DNA of 64,000 nucleotides from the sequence record NC_070966.1. The stretch is one strand, 5' to 3'. A program made the translations under genes and the position numbers. Below the pieces are notes generated by a model. It did no database searches and was not told where the DNA came from. It saw nothing but the letters and a program-made list of their open reading frames with translations. Position 1 is the first letter of the stretch. Each line of letters opens with the position of its first letter. Of the stretch, positions 35,816-45,460 are shown piece by piece.

Positions 35816-38800
35816 TTAAGAGATTGTAAGTCTGATATTACGAATTGCAGGAGCAGTTGTAAAGTCAGTCTTGTCTAGAGTTAATCTCAGTCGACTTGCG
35901 TTAGCAGCCAGACCTGTATACGTGTAGACTGAAGTCGTCCACTCGTTACCGATTTGAGTACTAGATACGAAAGTCATTGAGGCAAACGATGAGTTAGCCA
36001 ACTGGACTGATGGTTGGAAGGTTGACCCTGTAGGAACATACTGATCGATAACGAGCTTGAGAGTCGCTGGCGTAGTAGATCCATTAGGAATGTCAAACTG
36101 ACGAGAAGTATACGTACCAGGCTTAACAGGTGTTCCACCATATAAGCAGAGACCCTTTCCGATAATCGGAGACTTGTTAGTAGATGATGAGATCATATCT
36201 ACTTTAAGTAGAACCGTACCAGAAAGTGGGACTGTATAGAGAGGAATACCAGGAGTGATATCGTACTGAGTACCTGCTTGATCCTGAAGATAGAATCTTG
36301 CTGTTGTACTCTGAGGAACCGTAATCGTCTCGTCTGATAGAACCCAATCAGAGATTGAGGTCAATCCTGTTAGAGTTAGAAGTGTAGCTGTCGAAGTTCC
36401 ACTAGTGTAGACAGCTTTTCTCAGAATCATCGTCAAGTCAGAGTCCTGGAATGCAGTCCATGTAGACTCGTTAGCCGAGACTTGGAATACACCACCATAA
36501 GGCTGCTGAGTGACACGCTTCTGAGTAAGCATATCATTGTAACCGAGTTTAGCAATACCTACTGAACCAGCAGGTTGAGATGTAAGTACAACAAGTGCCT
36601 TTTCATCACCTCGAGATACAGGAATTGGAGACTCGAATGAAATCTTATTCCAACCTGCTACAACACTGGCTTTCTTGATACGACCAGACTCTGACTGCGT
36701 AGCAGATAGAGGAATACCGTATTCAGCTTCTGCTACCTTGGTAACGATATCGTCATCTGGTAGCTCTGTAACATACAGTGAAACTGATGTCAAGTCACCG
36801 TCATCTTCATCCAGAACGAATGTTTCAGCAATCGGATCGTAATAAACAACTTCAGTAGTAGCCGTCGTCATGACACGAAGGACCGCACTGGCAGTTGTAT
36901 TACTTGACAGTCCTACACCTTTGATTTCGTAGTTGTTAGTAGGCGTACCTGCTGCAACTGAGAGGTTATAAGTGTAAGAACCACTACCATCTGCTGTTAC
37001 GTTCTGACTGATGGAACGATACGTAATATGAATCGTTTCACCTGGAGCAAATCCTAAGAATCGAGCCTGAACAGTTTCTGTCGTGATCGTACTAGTCTTA
37101 GTCTGAGACGTCAACGGAGTTGAGAACAGATCACGAATTGTATTCCAGACGTTCTTCTTCCAAGATCCTGTAGCAGATGGAATTGTACGATACTGATACC
37201 AGATCGTAGTCTGCGTGATATTGGATGGAGTTAACTGGAGCTGACCAATAGGAGGTGCACCTGCAACTGCATAAGGATTGATCTTCTGACTAGTCGTAAC
37301 TTGTGTCTGACTAATTACATCAGTTTCCGTGAATGGAAGAGTTGTAGTAGCAGATGTAACACCAAGTCTGTTGTATGTTGAATCAAGAATCAGAGATTCA
37401 AGATACAGAATCATATTGTTAGTAAGACCTAGGTCTTGCTTAACATTCGACTTCAAGTTATCAACGAACAGATTTCTCTTGTTAGTTGTCGGATCTGTTG
37501 AACGTGCACTATCCATTAGCGATAGAGTTGCAACATTATCTTCAACTGAGAAGAGTCTTGATTTCAGACTATTCAATTCTGACTGCGGAATATTAGTAAC
37601 GGTATCTGCAGTAATTACAGGATTCGAACCATTGATCAATTCGATCGTGAACAGTGAAAGAGCATTGCTCAGATACTGCGGAGGATTATAAGTTGTATAA
37701 CCTGGAGTACCTCTACTGATAACGAACTGCTTGTTCTCAGTAATACTGAGACGATCAATACGTTTCAAGAAGTAGTCGTAGTCAACGTAGAACACACTAC
37801 CATTAACAAGAACGTTACTTGAATCAAGAACGACTCCTAGACCGTCACCTGAAATCGTAGGTACGAACGTCGAGATGTAAGTATAAGTTACAGTGTAGGT
37901 TGAACCTGGAGCAGGTTCAGCACCACCTGGAGACCAGTTAATACTATCACCTGATACAATGTAATCTGTGTTTACAACGTAAGTCGTACCACCTTGTGTA
38001 ACGGATGATACTGCAAGAACTGGAGTATCTGGCAGTACGTCAATCGCTCCTGAGAAGCTACCGTGCGTAATCGTACGAGTTACAGACTTAGTACCTTGAA
38101 TACGAGTTACTGTATTGATCTTATTGTATCGAAGATTGTACGTTGCACTACCTGTGTAGGTATATGGTTCACCAGCTACTGCACGATTGTCAACAACAGG
38201 GTCGAATAGAACCTTCTGCTGAGTTTCAATGATAACTGGTACACCATTCACACGAGCTTTACCAGAACTGATATTAACAATCGCAGAATTACTACCATCG
38301 AATGAGTCAAACGATGCACTCATACCATAAAGAACAGTACTACCACGAGTTTCTCTATCGTACTGGTTAAGAAGCTTATTCATAACCAAGGATACATCAT
38401 CAGTCTGACGAGAGATCGTCTGAATGACACCATCAACAATAGTGATAATCGGGAAGAATACTTCATCACCGGTTAGCTCACCTTGTGCGATCCATCTTGC
38501 AGACATCTTCTCGCGCATAGCACCTGGCTGACCTACGTTAGGAGATGCAGGATCTGGCTCGAGAATGAGAGGATCTTCAAGTTCAGTGATGAGAACAGTC
38601 TTAGCAGCAACACCTACAACGTAGGTGCCAGTTGCAGTAATCGGAACTACTCGAGTAGGTACTTGAGCGGTTACACCATCAAGATATACCGTAGCATTCT
38701 TAAGAGTGATACCTGTAGTTGTAACAGCTTCAACTTCACCACCAGTAAGAATGCTACCGTTAGTGACAAGCTGAGTTAGAATGAGCTTTAGATCGTTTCT

Positions 38801-38926
38801 AATCGACTCCTGAATTTCATTCAATTCAGCTGCTTGTAGACCACTACCTGCAAGGAATAGAAGACGACTATAATTCTTAGTCGCATCAAATCTATTAAAA
38901 TATGCGTTAGGAGGCGTATATGTCAT
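35816..38926 (-). CDS. Large baseplate / fibre-attachment protein (DUF4815-like)
   Basis: YFNRFDATKNYSRLLFLAGSGLQAAELNEIQ N-terminus; LKRIDRL; DPIAETF. Confidence 0.75.
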   Translation of the reverse strand: MTYTPPNAYFNRFDATKNYSRLLFLAGSGLQAAELNEIQESIRNDLKLILTQLVTNGSILTGGEVEAVTTTGITLKNATVYLDGVTAQVPTRVVPITATGTYVVGVAAKTVLITELEDPLILEPDPASPNVGQPGAMREKMSARWIAQGELTGDEVFFPIITIVDGVIQTISRQTDDVSLVMNKLLNQYDRETRGSTVLYGMSASFDSFDGSNSAIVNISSGKARVNGVPVIIETQQKVLFDPVVDNRAVAGEPYTYTGSATYNLRYNKINTVTRIQGTKSVTRTITHGSFSGAIDVLPDTPVLAVSSVTQGGTTYVVNTDYIVSGDSINWSPGGAEPAPGSTYTVTYTYISTFVPTISGDGLGVVLDSSNVLVNGSVFYVDYDYFLKRIDRLSITENKQFVISRGTPGYTTYNPPQYLSNALSLFTIELINGSNPVITADTVTNIPQSELNSLKSRLFSVEDNVATLSLMDSARSTDPTTNKRNLFVDNLKSNVKQDLGLTNNMILYLESLILDSTYNRLGVTSATTTLPFTETDVISQTQVTTSQKINPYAVAGAPPIGQLQLTPSNITQTTIWYQYRTIPSATGSWKKNVWNTIRDLFSTPLTSQTKTSTITTETVQARFLGFAPGETIHITYRSISQNVTADGSGSYTYNLSVAAGTPTNNYEIKGVGLSSNTTASAVLRVMTTATTEVVYYDPIAETFVLDEDDGDLTSVSLYVTELPDDDIVTKVAEAEYGIPLSATQSESGRIKKASVVAGWNKISFESPIPVSRGDEKALVVLTSQPAGSVGIAKLGYNDMLTQKRVTQQPYGGVFQVSANESTWTAFQDSDLTMILRKAVYTSGTSTATLLTLTGLTSISDWVLSDETITVPQSTTARFYLQDQAGTQYDITPGIPLYTVPLSGTVLLKVDMISSSTNKSPIIGKGLCLYGGTPVKPGTYTSRQFDIPNGSTTPATLKLVIDQYVPTGSTFQPSVQLANSSFASMTFVSSTQIGNEWTTSVYTYTGLAANASRLRLTLDKTDFTTAPAIRNIRLTIS

Positions 38927-38933
38927 TTTATCC

Positions 38934-39752
38934 TCAGAATGTCATAACTATTTCGTAGAACTCTCTAGTTGAAGAGTTTCTAATAATAGGAGAAACGTTC
39001 TCAATTGAAAGTAGTGAACCCTTATCGGAGACTTCACTTGGTATTAGGTATTGCTTATTCTCATTACCTGCTGTAGGTACTGTACCAATAAATATACCGT
39101 ATTGATAGATAGTATTATTAGGCGCATCTGTGAGATCGTAAGCAATATAAGCGTAGATATATTTCGTCGGAGTTAATGACTCAGCCCATCGTCCCTGGTT
39201 TGTAACATACGCACCATTCACATCAGGTTTAACATACTTAACACTCATAACTTTTCTACGACCAAGTTCTCTATAAAGACCTTCATAGGTCAATAGAGGA
39301 CTTGGAGGGGATGTAGTCCAAAGTGCAGAAGAAGTAGTGTTAACAGTCGGTATTGAAACAGTACCGACTGTAACTGAACCGTTATCAATCCATTCAGCAG
39401 CAGTAACTGTTACAAGATACTTGTAATCATTTGATGCTGTTCTACCATAAACTTTGTAGGATTTAGCACCAGATACTGCACTCCAAGTCAACTTGATTGA
39501 ACTACCAACTGAACTTAGAGTGAATGCAATAGCAGAAGATCCCGTAGTTTCTCCAGCATCTGTCGTACAAGTAACCTTGTAAGTATAACTTCCCAGAGGA
39601 AGCGTTCCTGCAACAGCTGATAGTGTGGCAGCTCCACTTGTCGGAGGGTCCATGTAAGGAGGGATATCTCCCCATGCAAGGTACAGTTGCTGATCTTTAA
39701 TCGATTTAGCGATCGCAACGTGACCTGTATTGGTTAGCACCATAAAAGCCAT
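38934..39752 (-). CDS. Baseplate wedge protein with FN3-like insertion
   Basis: Position in baseplate cluster; LYLAWG..ELGRRK core interrupted by LTWSAVSGAKSYKVY. Confidence 0.6.
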   Translation of the reverse strand: MAFMVLTNTGHVAIAKSIKDQQLYLAWGDIPPYMDPPTSGAATLSAVAGTLPLGSYTYKVTCTTDAGETTGSSAIAFTLSSVGSSIKLTWSAVSGAKSYKVYGRTASNDYKYLVTVTAAEWIDNGSVTVGTVSIPTVNTTSSALWTTSPPSPLLTYEGLYRELGRRKVMSVKYVKPDVNGAYVTNQGRWAESLTPTKYIYAYIAYDLTDAPNNTIYQYGIFIGTVPTAGNENKQYLIPSEVSDKGSLLSIENVSPIIRNSSTREFYEIVMTF

Positions 39753-39764
39753 AATTAACTCCAA

Positions 39765-40943
39765 TTATAGAACAGTAAGATAGATACTGTTGAACTTCTT
39801 ACCAAAATTCAAGGTACCTCCACTGCTCTGATCGCCAGCGAGTGTAGGTGTTGTAATCGCATCTACATCTGCACTAATACCATGTCGATACATCGCGATG
39901 TGATTAGTTCTTAAAGTTTCAGCTCTATCTAGCATCGACTTACCGAGTACGAAGTTATGCGAAAGTGATTTATCTTGCCATGAATAATTTATGTTACCAT
40001 CAAGTGGTCTTAGATCCTGGTCAAGCTTACTTTCATCAAGTGTGAAAGCATAGATATTATGACGTCTACGTCTGATATCGAATGCGAACGAGTCGTCTAT
40101 AACAAGATCGTGAGATGTAATACGACCAGTTGTTGTCTGGAACATATAATAATCTTCACGGACGAATCTGTCCAGAATAAGATTAACGTCAAGCAGATTA
40201 GGTCTGAATCTATCGTAAACAAGATCCGACGATATCTGGTGACCTCTGATGGTCTCAATCTTGATTTCAGAATAATCGTAAATCAGATCCGAGTCAAAAG
40301 TATTACATAGAAGTAGATTAATCGTATTTGAGGTCGAAGTTGATGTTGATCCATAAGGTCTGCTCAACTTACTCATATCAAGAGTAAAGTCTCTTGACAG
40401 ACGATGCATACCTAGAGATACAACATTGTTAGAATAATCGACTGATTCATCATAAACTCGACAATTCGTAATACCTTGAAGAGTCAAGCATAGAGGAAAG
40501 ATTTCTCTCGCGAAGTCTTCAAGAGTAAGAATCTGATCAAGTGTGATTCTTACCTCATTCTCGAATACGAGAGTAACGTCTGTACAACCATTCTCTGACT
40601 TAACATAGATTATGTTCTTAGGTTGGAGATTCAATAGTCTCAAGACTAATTGAAATCCTTCTTCAGTACCTTTGATATTAGCCAAGTCTGACATAATCAT
40701 CGAAACTGATGTTTCGTCGACATTGCCAGAAAGTAGCTTACCTAGAGTACTGGAACCTAAAAACTTAAGAATCTGCTGAGCATCGTAGTGTTCGGATGCT
40801 GGATTGTACAGATTCTTGATCTTGTTAATTTCTGGAGATACTGTATCATTGATAACCTTATCGAGAACGTTCGTTACGTTCTCGTAAAGTGGATACTCTC
40901 GCAGATTAGGTGGTAAGTAATTAATACTTTTCATCATATTCAT
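39765..40943 (-). CDS. Baseplate wedge protein (gp7-like position)
   Basis: KGTEEGFQLVLRLL; follows the gp6-like gene. Confidence 0.55.
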   Translation of the reverse strand: MNMMKSINYLPPNLREYPLYENVTNVLDKVINDTVSPEINKIKNLYNPASEHYDAQQILKFLGSSTLGKLLSGNVDETSVSMIMSDLANIKGTEEGFQLVLRLLNLQPKNIIYVKSENGCTDVTLVFENEVRITLDQILTLEDFAREIFPLCLTLQGITNCRVYDESVDYSNNVVSLGMHRLSRDFTLDMSKLSRPYGSTSTSTSNTINLLLCNTFDSDLIYDYSEIKIETIRGHQISSDLVYDRFRPNLLDVNLILDRFVREDYYMFQTTTGRITSHDLVIDDSFAFDIRRRRHNIYAFTLDESKLDQDLRPLDGNINYSWQDKSLSHNFVLGKSMLDRAETLRTNHIAMYRHGISADVDAITTPTLAGDQSSGGTLNFGKKFNSIYLTVL

Positions 40944-42310
40944 TAGCTATATCCTAAATCAGGATCAGTACCTGAAACATCCAGTGTATTGATATCAAGA
41001 GAATACTGGATATCATAGCTGTTGATTTTAAAGTATTGATTATAGTTTGCACGCTTGTCTGCGATCGGATACTTAGGATAAACTCTCTTGACTCCAGGTA
41101 GATCCATAGCGATCAAACCTGAGACTGAGAAGATTCCACCTAACTTGTATTCCATTGATTGGAAGTAAGACTTAATAAGAGCATCTACTTCAACACTGTC
41201 TGCAATTGTACTGAGTACGACTAGTACCTTGATATTGACACCTAGTTCAACAGGATCTTGAAGAACAATATTCGTACCTAGAACTTTATGTTTATCTAAG
41301 TACGCATAAAATTGATCTTTCTCGTAACTGAGAAGATGTCTTTTCTGGTCTGTAACGTATGCGAGATCAACAGTACAACACGTATTTTGTCTCTTCACTG
41401 CATAACTTGAGATGATACCTGCATAAGATAGCGAGATACTATTGTAGTCCGCTAGTGTAATTAGACGTCTCTTAGTCGTGAAGTATCCTGGAGCAACTGA
41501 CTTTAGTTTCTCGAGACTATCTTCATTAGATCCATAAGAGAGAATTGTACCAGATAAGACTTCACCAGCATTGAATGTCAACTGAGATAGATCCAAACTC
41601 AGATCTTCAGTAGCTGCTCCAGGTTGAATGTATTCAACTTTAACGATATCGCCATTGTTAAGTTTCATCCCTAGATCGTCATCACCAAAGATGAAGTAGG
41701 TACCTGCCGTATAAGTTCTTTCTAGAACATCAGCATCAACTAGCTCTTCAGCATTTCGTACAACAGTTACAAGTTCGTCATTTACCATGACGTTGTAGAG
41801 ATTGTTGTCAATGGTGTCTTCAACAAGAAATCGTTCGAATACTTTCGTACTTGTAGAAGTGAATTGTACTGACTTCCAGAGACCAATAACTACATCAACA
41901 GTATTCTGACCAGCAACAAATCCTGTATCAGATAGAATCGAAAGAAACTCACCTCGATAGTTACCGATCGGAGTCTCTTTGGTCCACTGAACAGGATTAG
42001 TTAATGTGAATGTAATTCTGAATCTAGGTGCTGCCATTCTATTGACATTGTAACCTAGAGTCGTTGACAATCCTACTACTGAAGATCGTAGTCGAGCAGT
42101 ATCAATGTAGGCCTCTCTACGATTAGCAGATGCCATGTAGCTCAAGAATGATCCAAGACCTGCAGCGAGTTCGATGGTGGTCATACCAGCACCACCCTCG
42201 TAGAAGTCTTTCCATCTTCTCTGGTAGTCGTTCAGTGACTGAACATATGTCTTCAAGTCGTTTCTGATAGACTCAAAGGAGATTGAAGTAGGATTGATAA
42301 TATTACTCAT
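40943..42310 (-). CDS. Baseplate wedge subunit, T4 gp6-like
   Basis: SFESIRNDLK..YIDTARLRSSV..LGY; RLITLADY. Confidence 0.85.
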   Translation of the reverse strand: MSNIINPTSISFESIRNDLKTYVQSLNDYQRRWKDFYEGGAGMTTIELAAGLGSFLSYMASANRREAYIDTARLRSSVVGLSTTLGYNVNRMAAPRFRITFTLTNPVQWTKETPIGNYRGEFLSILSDTGFVAGQNTVDVVIGLWKSVQFTSTSTKVFERFLVEDTIDNNLYNVMVNDELVTVVRNAEELVDADVLERTYTAGTYFIFGDDDLGMKLNNGDIVKVEYIQPGAATEDLSLDLSQLTFNAGEVLSGTILSYGSNEDSLEKLKSVAPGYFTTKRRLITLADYNSISLSYAGIISSYAVKRQNTCCTVDLAYVTDQKRHLLSYEKDQFYAYLDKHKVLGTNIVLQDPVELGVNIKVLVVLSTIADSVEVDALIKSYFQSMEYKLGGIFSVSGLIAMDLPGVKRVYPKYPIADKRANYNQYFKINSYDIQYSLDINTLDVSGTDPDLGYS

Positions 42311-42675
42311 TTGGACAGTCCTATGACTTGTTCAAATCTATCGTCTCCTAGTCCGACGACCTCAAATACAAGATATACTCGATAGATATGATTATCGTAA
42401 TCCGGATCAACACTAGATCTTGATGTGTCCAGAATTACTCTAGGCTCCCATCTGTAGATAGCTTCGACGATTTCGTTATACATCTGAAACGCGAGAGCTT
42501 CAGTCATAGGTTCGAAAAGTAAGTCTTCCAGATTAGATCCGAAGTCTGCTAGGAATAGTCTCGTATTTTTACTCGTGGTTAGGATCGATATGATTGATTG
42601 TTTGATCGAATCAATATCGTAAACGTAATTAGATTTCAACGATTGATTGATATCGGAGTAAACATAATACTGCAT
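42307..42675 (-). CDS. Baseplate wedge subunit, gp25-like
   Basis: SIKQSIISILTT..R.F..FGSNL..LLFEP..RWEPRV. Confidence 0.9.
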   Translation of the reverse strand: MQYYVYSDINQSLKSNYVYDIDSIKQSIISILTTSKNTRLFLADFGSNLEDLLFEPMTEALAFQMYNEIVEAIYRWEPRVILDTSRSSVDPDYDNHIYRVYLVFEVVGLGDDRFEQVIGLSK

Positions 42676-42676
42676 G

Positions 42677-43285
42677 TCAATTCAGATTAATCTTATCACC
42701 AGTAACATTGATTTCTCCATTACTGGTAACATTAATCTCTCCCTCTGCACTAATGTTAATCGTACCTTTGAGACTGAGACTCAAGGAGCCATCCTTCTCA
42801 ATTTTCATATTCAACTTAGGCTCGTCAGACGATTGAGTAGAAGAAGACCCTTCATCTTCTTCAGTAGCCATGTGGATGTACTCTGCAGTACCTTTCTTCT
42901 TATTCTGTCGATAGACATTACCAGAAGTATCTCTCCAACCATAGCTCTCAGGATAATCTTCGTCGAAATCTCCTGTAGACTCTTTCTCACTCTGCCAATG
43001 ACCTGAGTAGAATGGCTGATAAACATTACCATGAGGAAAGGTAACAGATAGATGTGATCCAATCACTGGCACACTAAACTGACTACCTTTTCCAGACCCT
43101 CCTTGGAAGGTAGGTTGATTAGGATAAACCCATGGAAGGTCTTCAGTATTACCTTTGTAAATACCATCAATCGTGACTTTAACTCGACCTAGCTTCTTAG
43201 GGTCTTTGTTGTCAACAACAGTACCCTTCTGAGGCTTATTCAAATTATTAGTCTTGCTCATCCACTCTGCTGGTTTTAGAAGCAT
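42677..43285 (-). CDS. Baseplate central spike, gp5/VgrG OB-fold
   Basis: VVDNKDPKKLGRVKV..LPW..P.IGS.V.F; short beta-repeat C-terminus. Confidence 0.85.
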   Translation of the reverse strand: MLLKPAEWMSKTNNLNKPQKGTVVDNKDPKKLGRVKVTIDGIYKGNTEDLPWVYPNQPTFQGGSGKGSQFSVPVIGSHLSVTFPHGNVYQPFYSGHWQSEKESTGDFDEDYPESYGWRDTSGNVYRQNKKKGTAEYIHMATEEDEGSSSTQSSDEPKLNMKIEKDGSLSLSLKGTINISAEGEINVTSNGEINVTGDKINLN

Positions 43286-44409
43286 TAATTATTTCCTACT
43301 GCACCGTTCATAGCTTCACGATTCAATACGAGATTAGTTTTGAATGAATAATCTTCGATGATTCTAGCTACTTTAGATACAATCCAGTAACCTGAATAGT
43401 TCTCTGAACTGTATTCACGAGTGGTAGGACCGTCTGTGAATTTAACTAGATCGAGAGCACGTACTGGAAAGAATCTATTTGAACAATTGACGGTCAACTT
43501 ATTGCTACTGAAAGTAGCAAGATTAGCTAGATTGTTAGATTTAGCTTCATGGAATTTCTTATTAGTATTCTCATTAAGAATCAGATTCTCACCTGTTCTA
43601 AGAAGAGCACTAGCCGACTGTTCAAGACCTGATCCCATCGACATTACTTGAGATACGACTGAACTGAATAGAGAAAGAAGTCCTCCGTCGAGATCAATAA
43701 CATTGTTAGATCTGGAGTAACCTTGCCAATAGTTCATAAATCCTGTATCTGCTTCAATTACATAATTGGTATCGTAATAGATCGTATTCGGACCTTCATT
43801 ACGATTTGACAGAATGAATTTAGGACTACCTGCCATAACATTTTCGATAGATCGTAATCTGAATCTTCCATCTGAAGTAATTGCGACCATAGGAAAATTC
43901 TTAGATCCTAAGTCGGATCTCGTCCACAATTCATTAACGAATGACTTATCTGTGATACTATGTTGGATCCAATTTTGGATATCTGAAGATGCTGAGATAT
44001 CGAAATCTGGAATAAAGTGCTTGCTAACAATTTGACTCATTGTGGCAATAGCTGACTGCTTAGGGGTGACCATAACATCGGTACCAGTTAGGTATTCGAT
44101 TCTATCGTACAACCCCTTCACAGTCATAATGTAACTCGAACCTGAACGTCTTGAAAGCTCTTTCTTCATAGGCTTCAATCTCATGTTCGATAGTTCTAAG
44201 GTATCTAATCCCATCGCAGCGTTGATGACAGATTTCTCATTCATATGAGAGATAACTTCGTCACTATCAGACTCGAATGTCAACTCGAAAGTTGGTAAAG
44301 TATTACCAGCTTCTTCGACAACCATGAATCTCTTTAGATCTGAGTTACCGAGAAAGTTACGTCCATTGATATCGAATGATGCGACATACTGACCTTTAAC
44401 ACCTATCAT
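43285..44409 (-). CDS. Baseplate hub protein (gp27-like)
   Basis: Position and size; C-terminal YSGYWIVSKV. Confidence 0.7.
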   Translation of the reverse strand: MIGVKGQYVASFDINGRNFLGNSDLKRFMVVEEAGNTLPTFELTFESDSDEVISHMNEKSVINAAMGLDTLELSNMRLKPMKKELSRRSGSSYIMTVKGLYDRIEYLTGTDVMVTPKQSAIATMSQIVSKHFIPDFDISASSDIQNWIQHSITDKSFVNELWTRSDLGSKNFPMVAITSDGRFRLRSIENVMAGSPKFILSNRNEGPNTIYYDTNYVIEADTGFMNYWQGYSRSNNVIDLDGGLLSLFSSVVSQVMSMGSGLEQSASALLRTGENLILNENTNKKFHEAKSNNLANLATFSSNKLTVNCSNRFFPVRALDLVKFTDGPTTREYSSENYSGYWIVSKVARIIEDYSFKTNLVLNREAMNGAVGNN

Positions 44410-44419
44410 CTTAAGTCCT

Positions 44420-44767
44420 CTACGATGAAACTCCTGGCACTAGCGAGAAGTAGATATTCTCAAGCGTTGATACACTTGGATAACGGATAACTGTACCTGT
44501 AACAATATCCTCAGGATCTACAATATCGTTGTAGAGCATGAGGATCCACCAATACTGAGAATAACCTAGACCATAGATCTTCTCAGCAATCAGATCAGGA
44601 CGACCGTCCTCACTTGTGACAGTGAAGACACCGTATTTACCAATAGTTCTCAGTTTATCCATAAATGTCGAATCAAGGATATCGTACATGTCCTCTGAAT
44701 AAGGCATAAACTTTGCTTGATCGTATCTATTGATAACATTAGCGTCGTAATTGATTTTGAATGCCAT
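44420..44767 (-). CDS. Baseplate wedge gp53-like / LysM-like protein
   Basis: GRPDLIAEKIYG..YWWILMLYNDIVDP. Confidence 0.85.
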   Translation of the reverse strand: MAFKINYDANVINRYDQAKFMPYSEDMYDILDSTFMDKLRTIGKYGVFTVTSEDGRPDLIAEKIYGLGYSQYWWILMLYNDIVDPEDIVTGTVIRYPSVSTLENIYFSLVPGVSS

Positions 44768-44776
44768 TTACGACTC

Positions 44777-45460
44777 CTAACGAATGTTGTCCAAGAACCA
44801 TCCTTGGACTTCCTTCTTAGTAGGAAGTATTGCAGGTTGGAATTGGAGAGTTACCTTAGCATAAAGTGGTTTATTCGTACCCTTCACAGTCTCTTTCGAG
44901 AATACTGTAGATACACTCATCAGTACGAGTCGACTAGCTCTAAACCAATTGGCATATTGGATTGACCATGTCCCTCGTAGTGAATTTCTGAATGAGTCTT
45001 CTCCGACATTAGCATCAACATCTGGTGTCCATCCGTCCATACTAATATCGACGATCTTCGAACTGTACCCATAAGGTGCTTGAAGAAGTGGAAAGGAGTA
45101 TTCAGGAGTAACACCACCATAGAGATATTTAATATCGTCAAAGATATTAACATTTCTATTGTAAGTGATAAGAGTGATAGGGATTACGAACGTCGGTTTA
45201 CTTGAACCATTCCATCTCGATAATGTCTGCTGGAGTGATTTAACAACTCTCTGAGTCATACCGAATGGATTGGTAGCTGCATTTAAGAATTTACTGGCTG
45301 CTTCACCTAGACTGGCTGAGTCTGCATCGCTGAATTCACTAGTAATGTCGAAGCCAAAATCGGCTTCGACAAGTGCAGTGATGGCTCTACCTGGACCAGC
45401 AATCATAACTGTAGCATTTCCATTTTTCTTAAGAGATTCTACATAGAGAGATTTTGTCAT
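44777..45460 (-). CDS. Tail tube initiator / baseplate-tube junction protein
   Basis: Position after the tape measure; P.F.I.L and YAKVTLQF. Confidence 0.55.
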   Translation of the reverse strand: MTKSLYVESLKKNGNATVMIAGPGRAITALVEADFGFDITSEFSDADSASLGEAASKFLNAATNPFGMTQRVVKSLQQTLSRWNGSSKPTFVIPITLITYNRNVNIFDDIKYLYGGVTPEYSFPLLQAPYGYSSKIVDISMDGWTPDVDANVGEDSFRNSLRGTWSIQYANWFRASRLVLMSVSTVFSKETVKGTNKPLYAKVTLQFQPAILPTKKEVQGWFLDNIR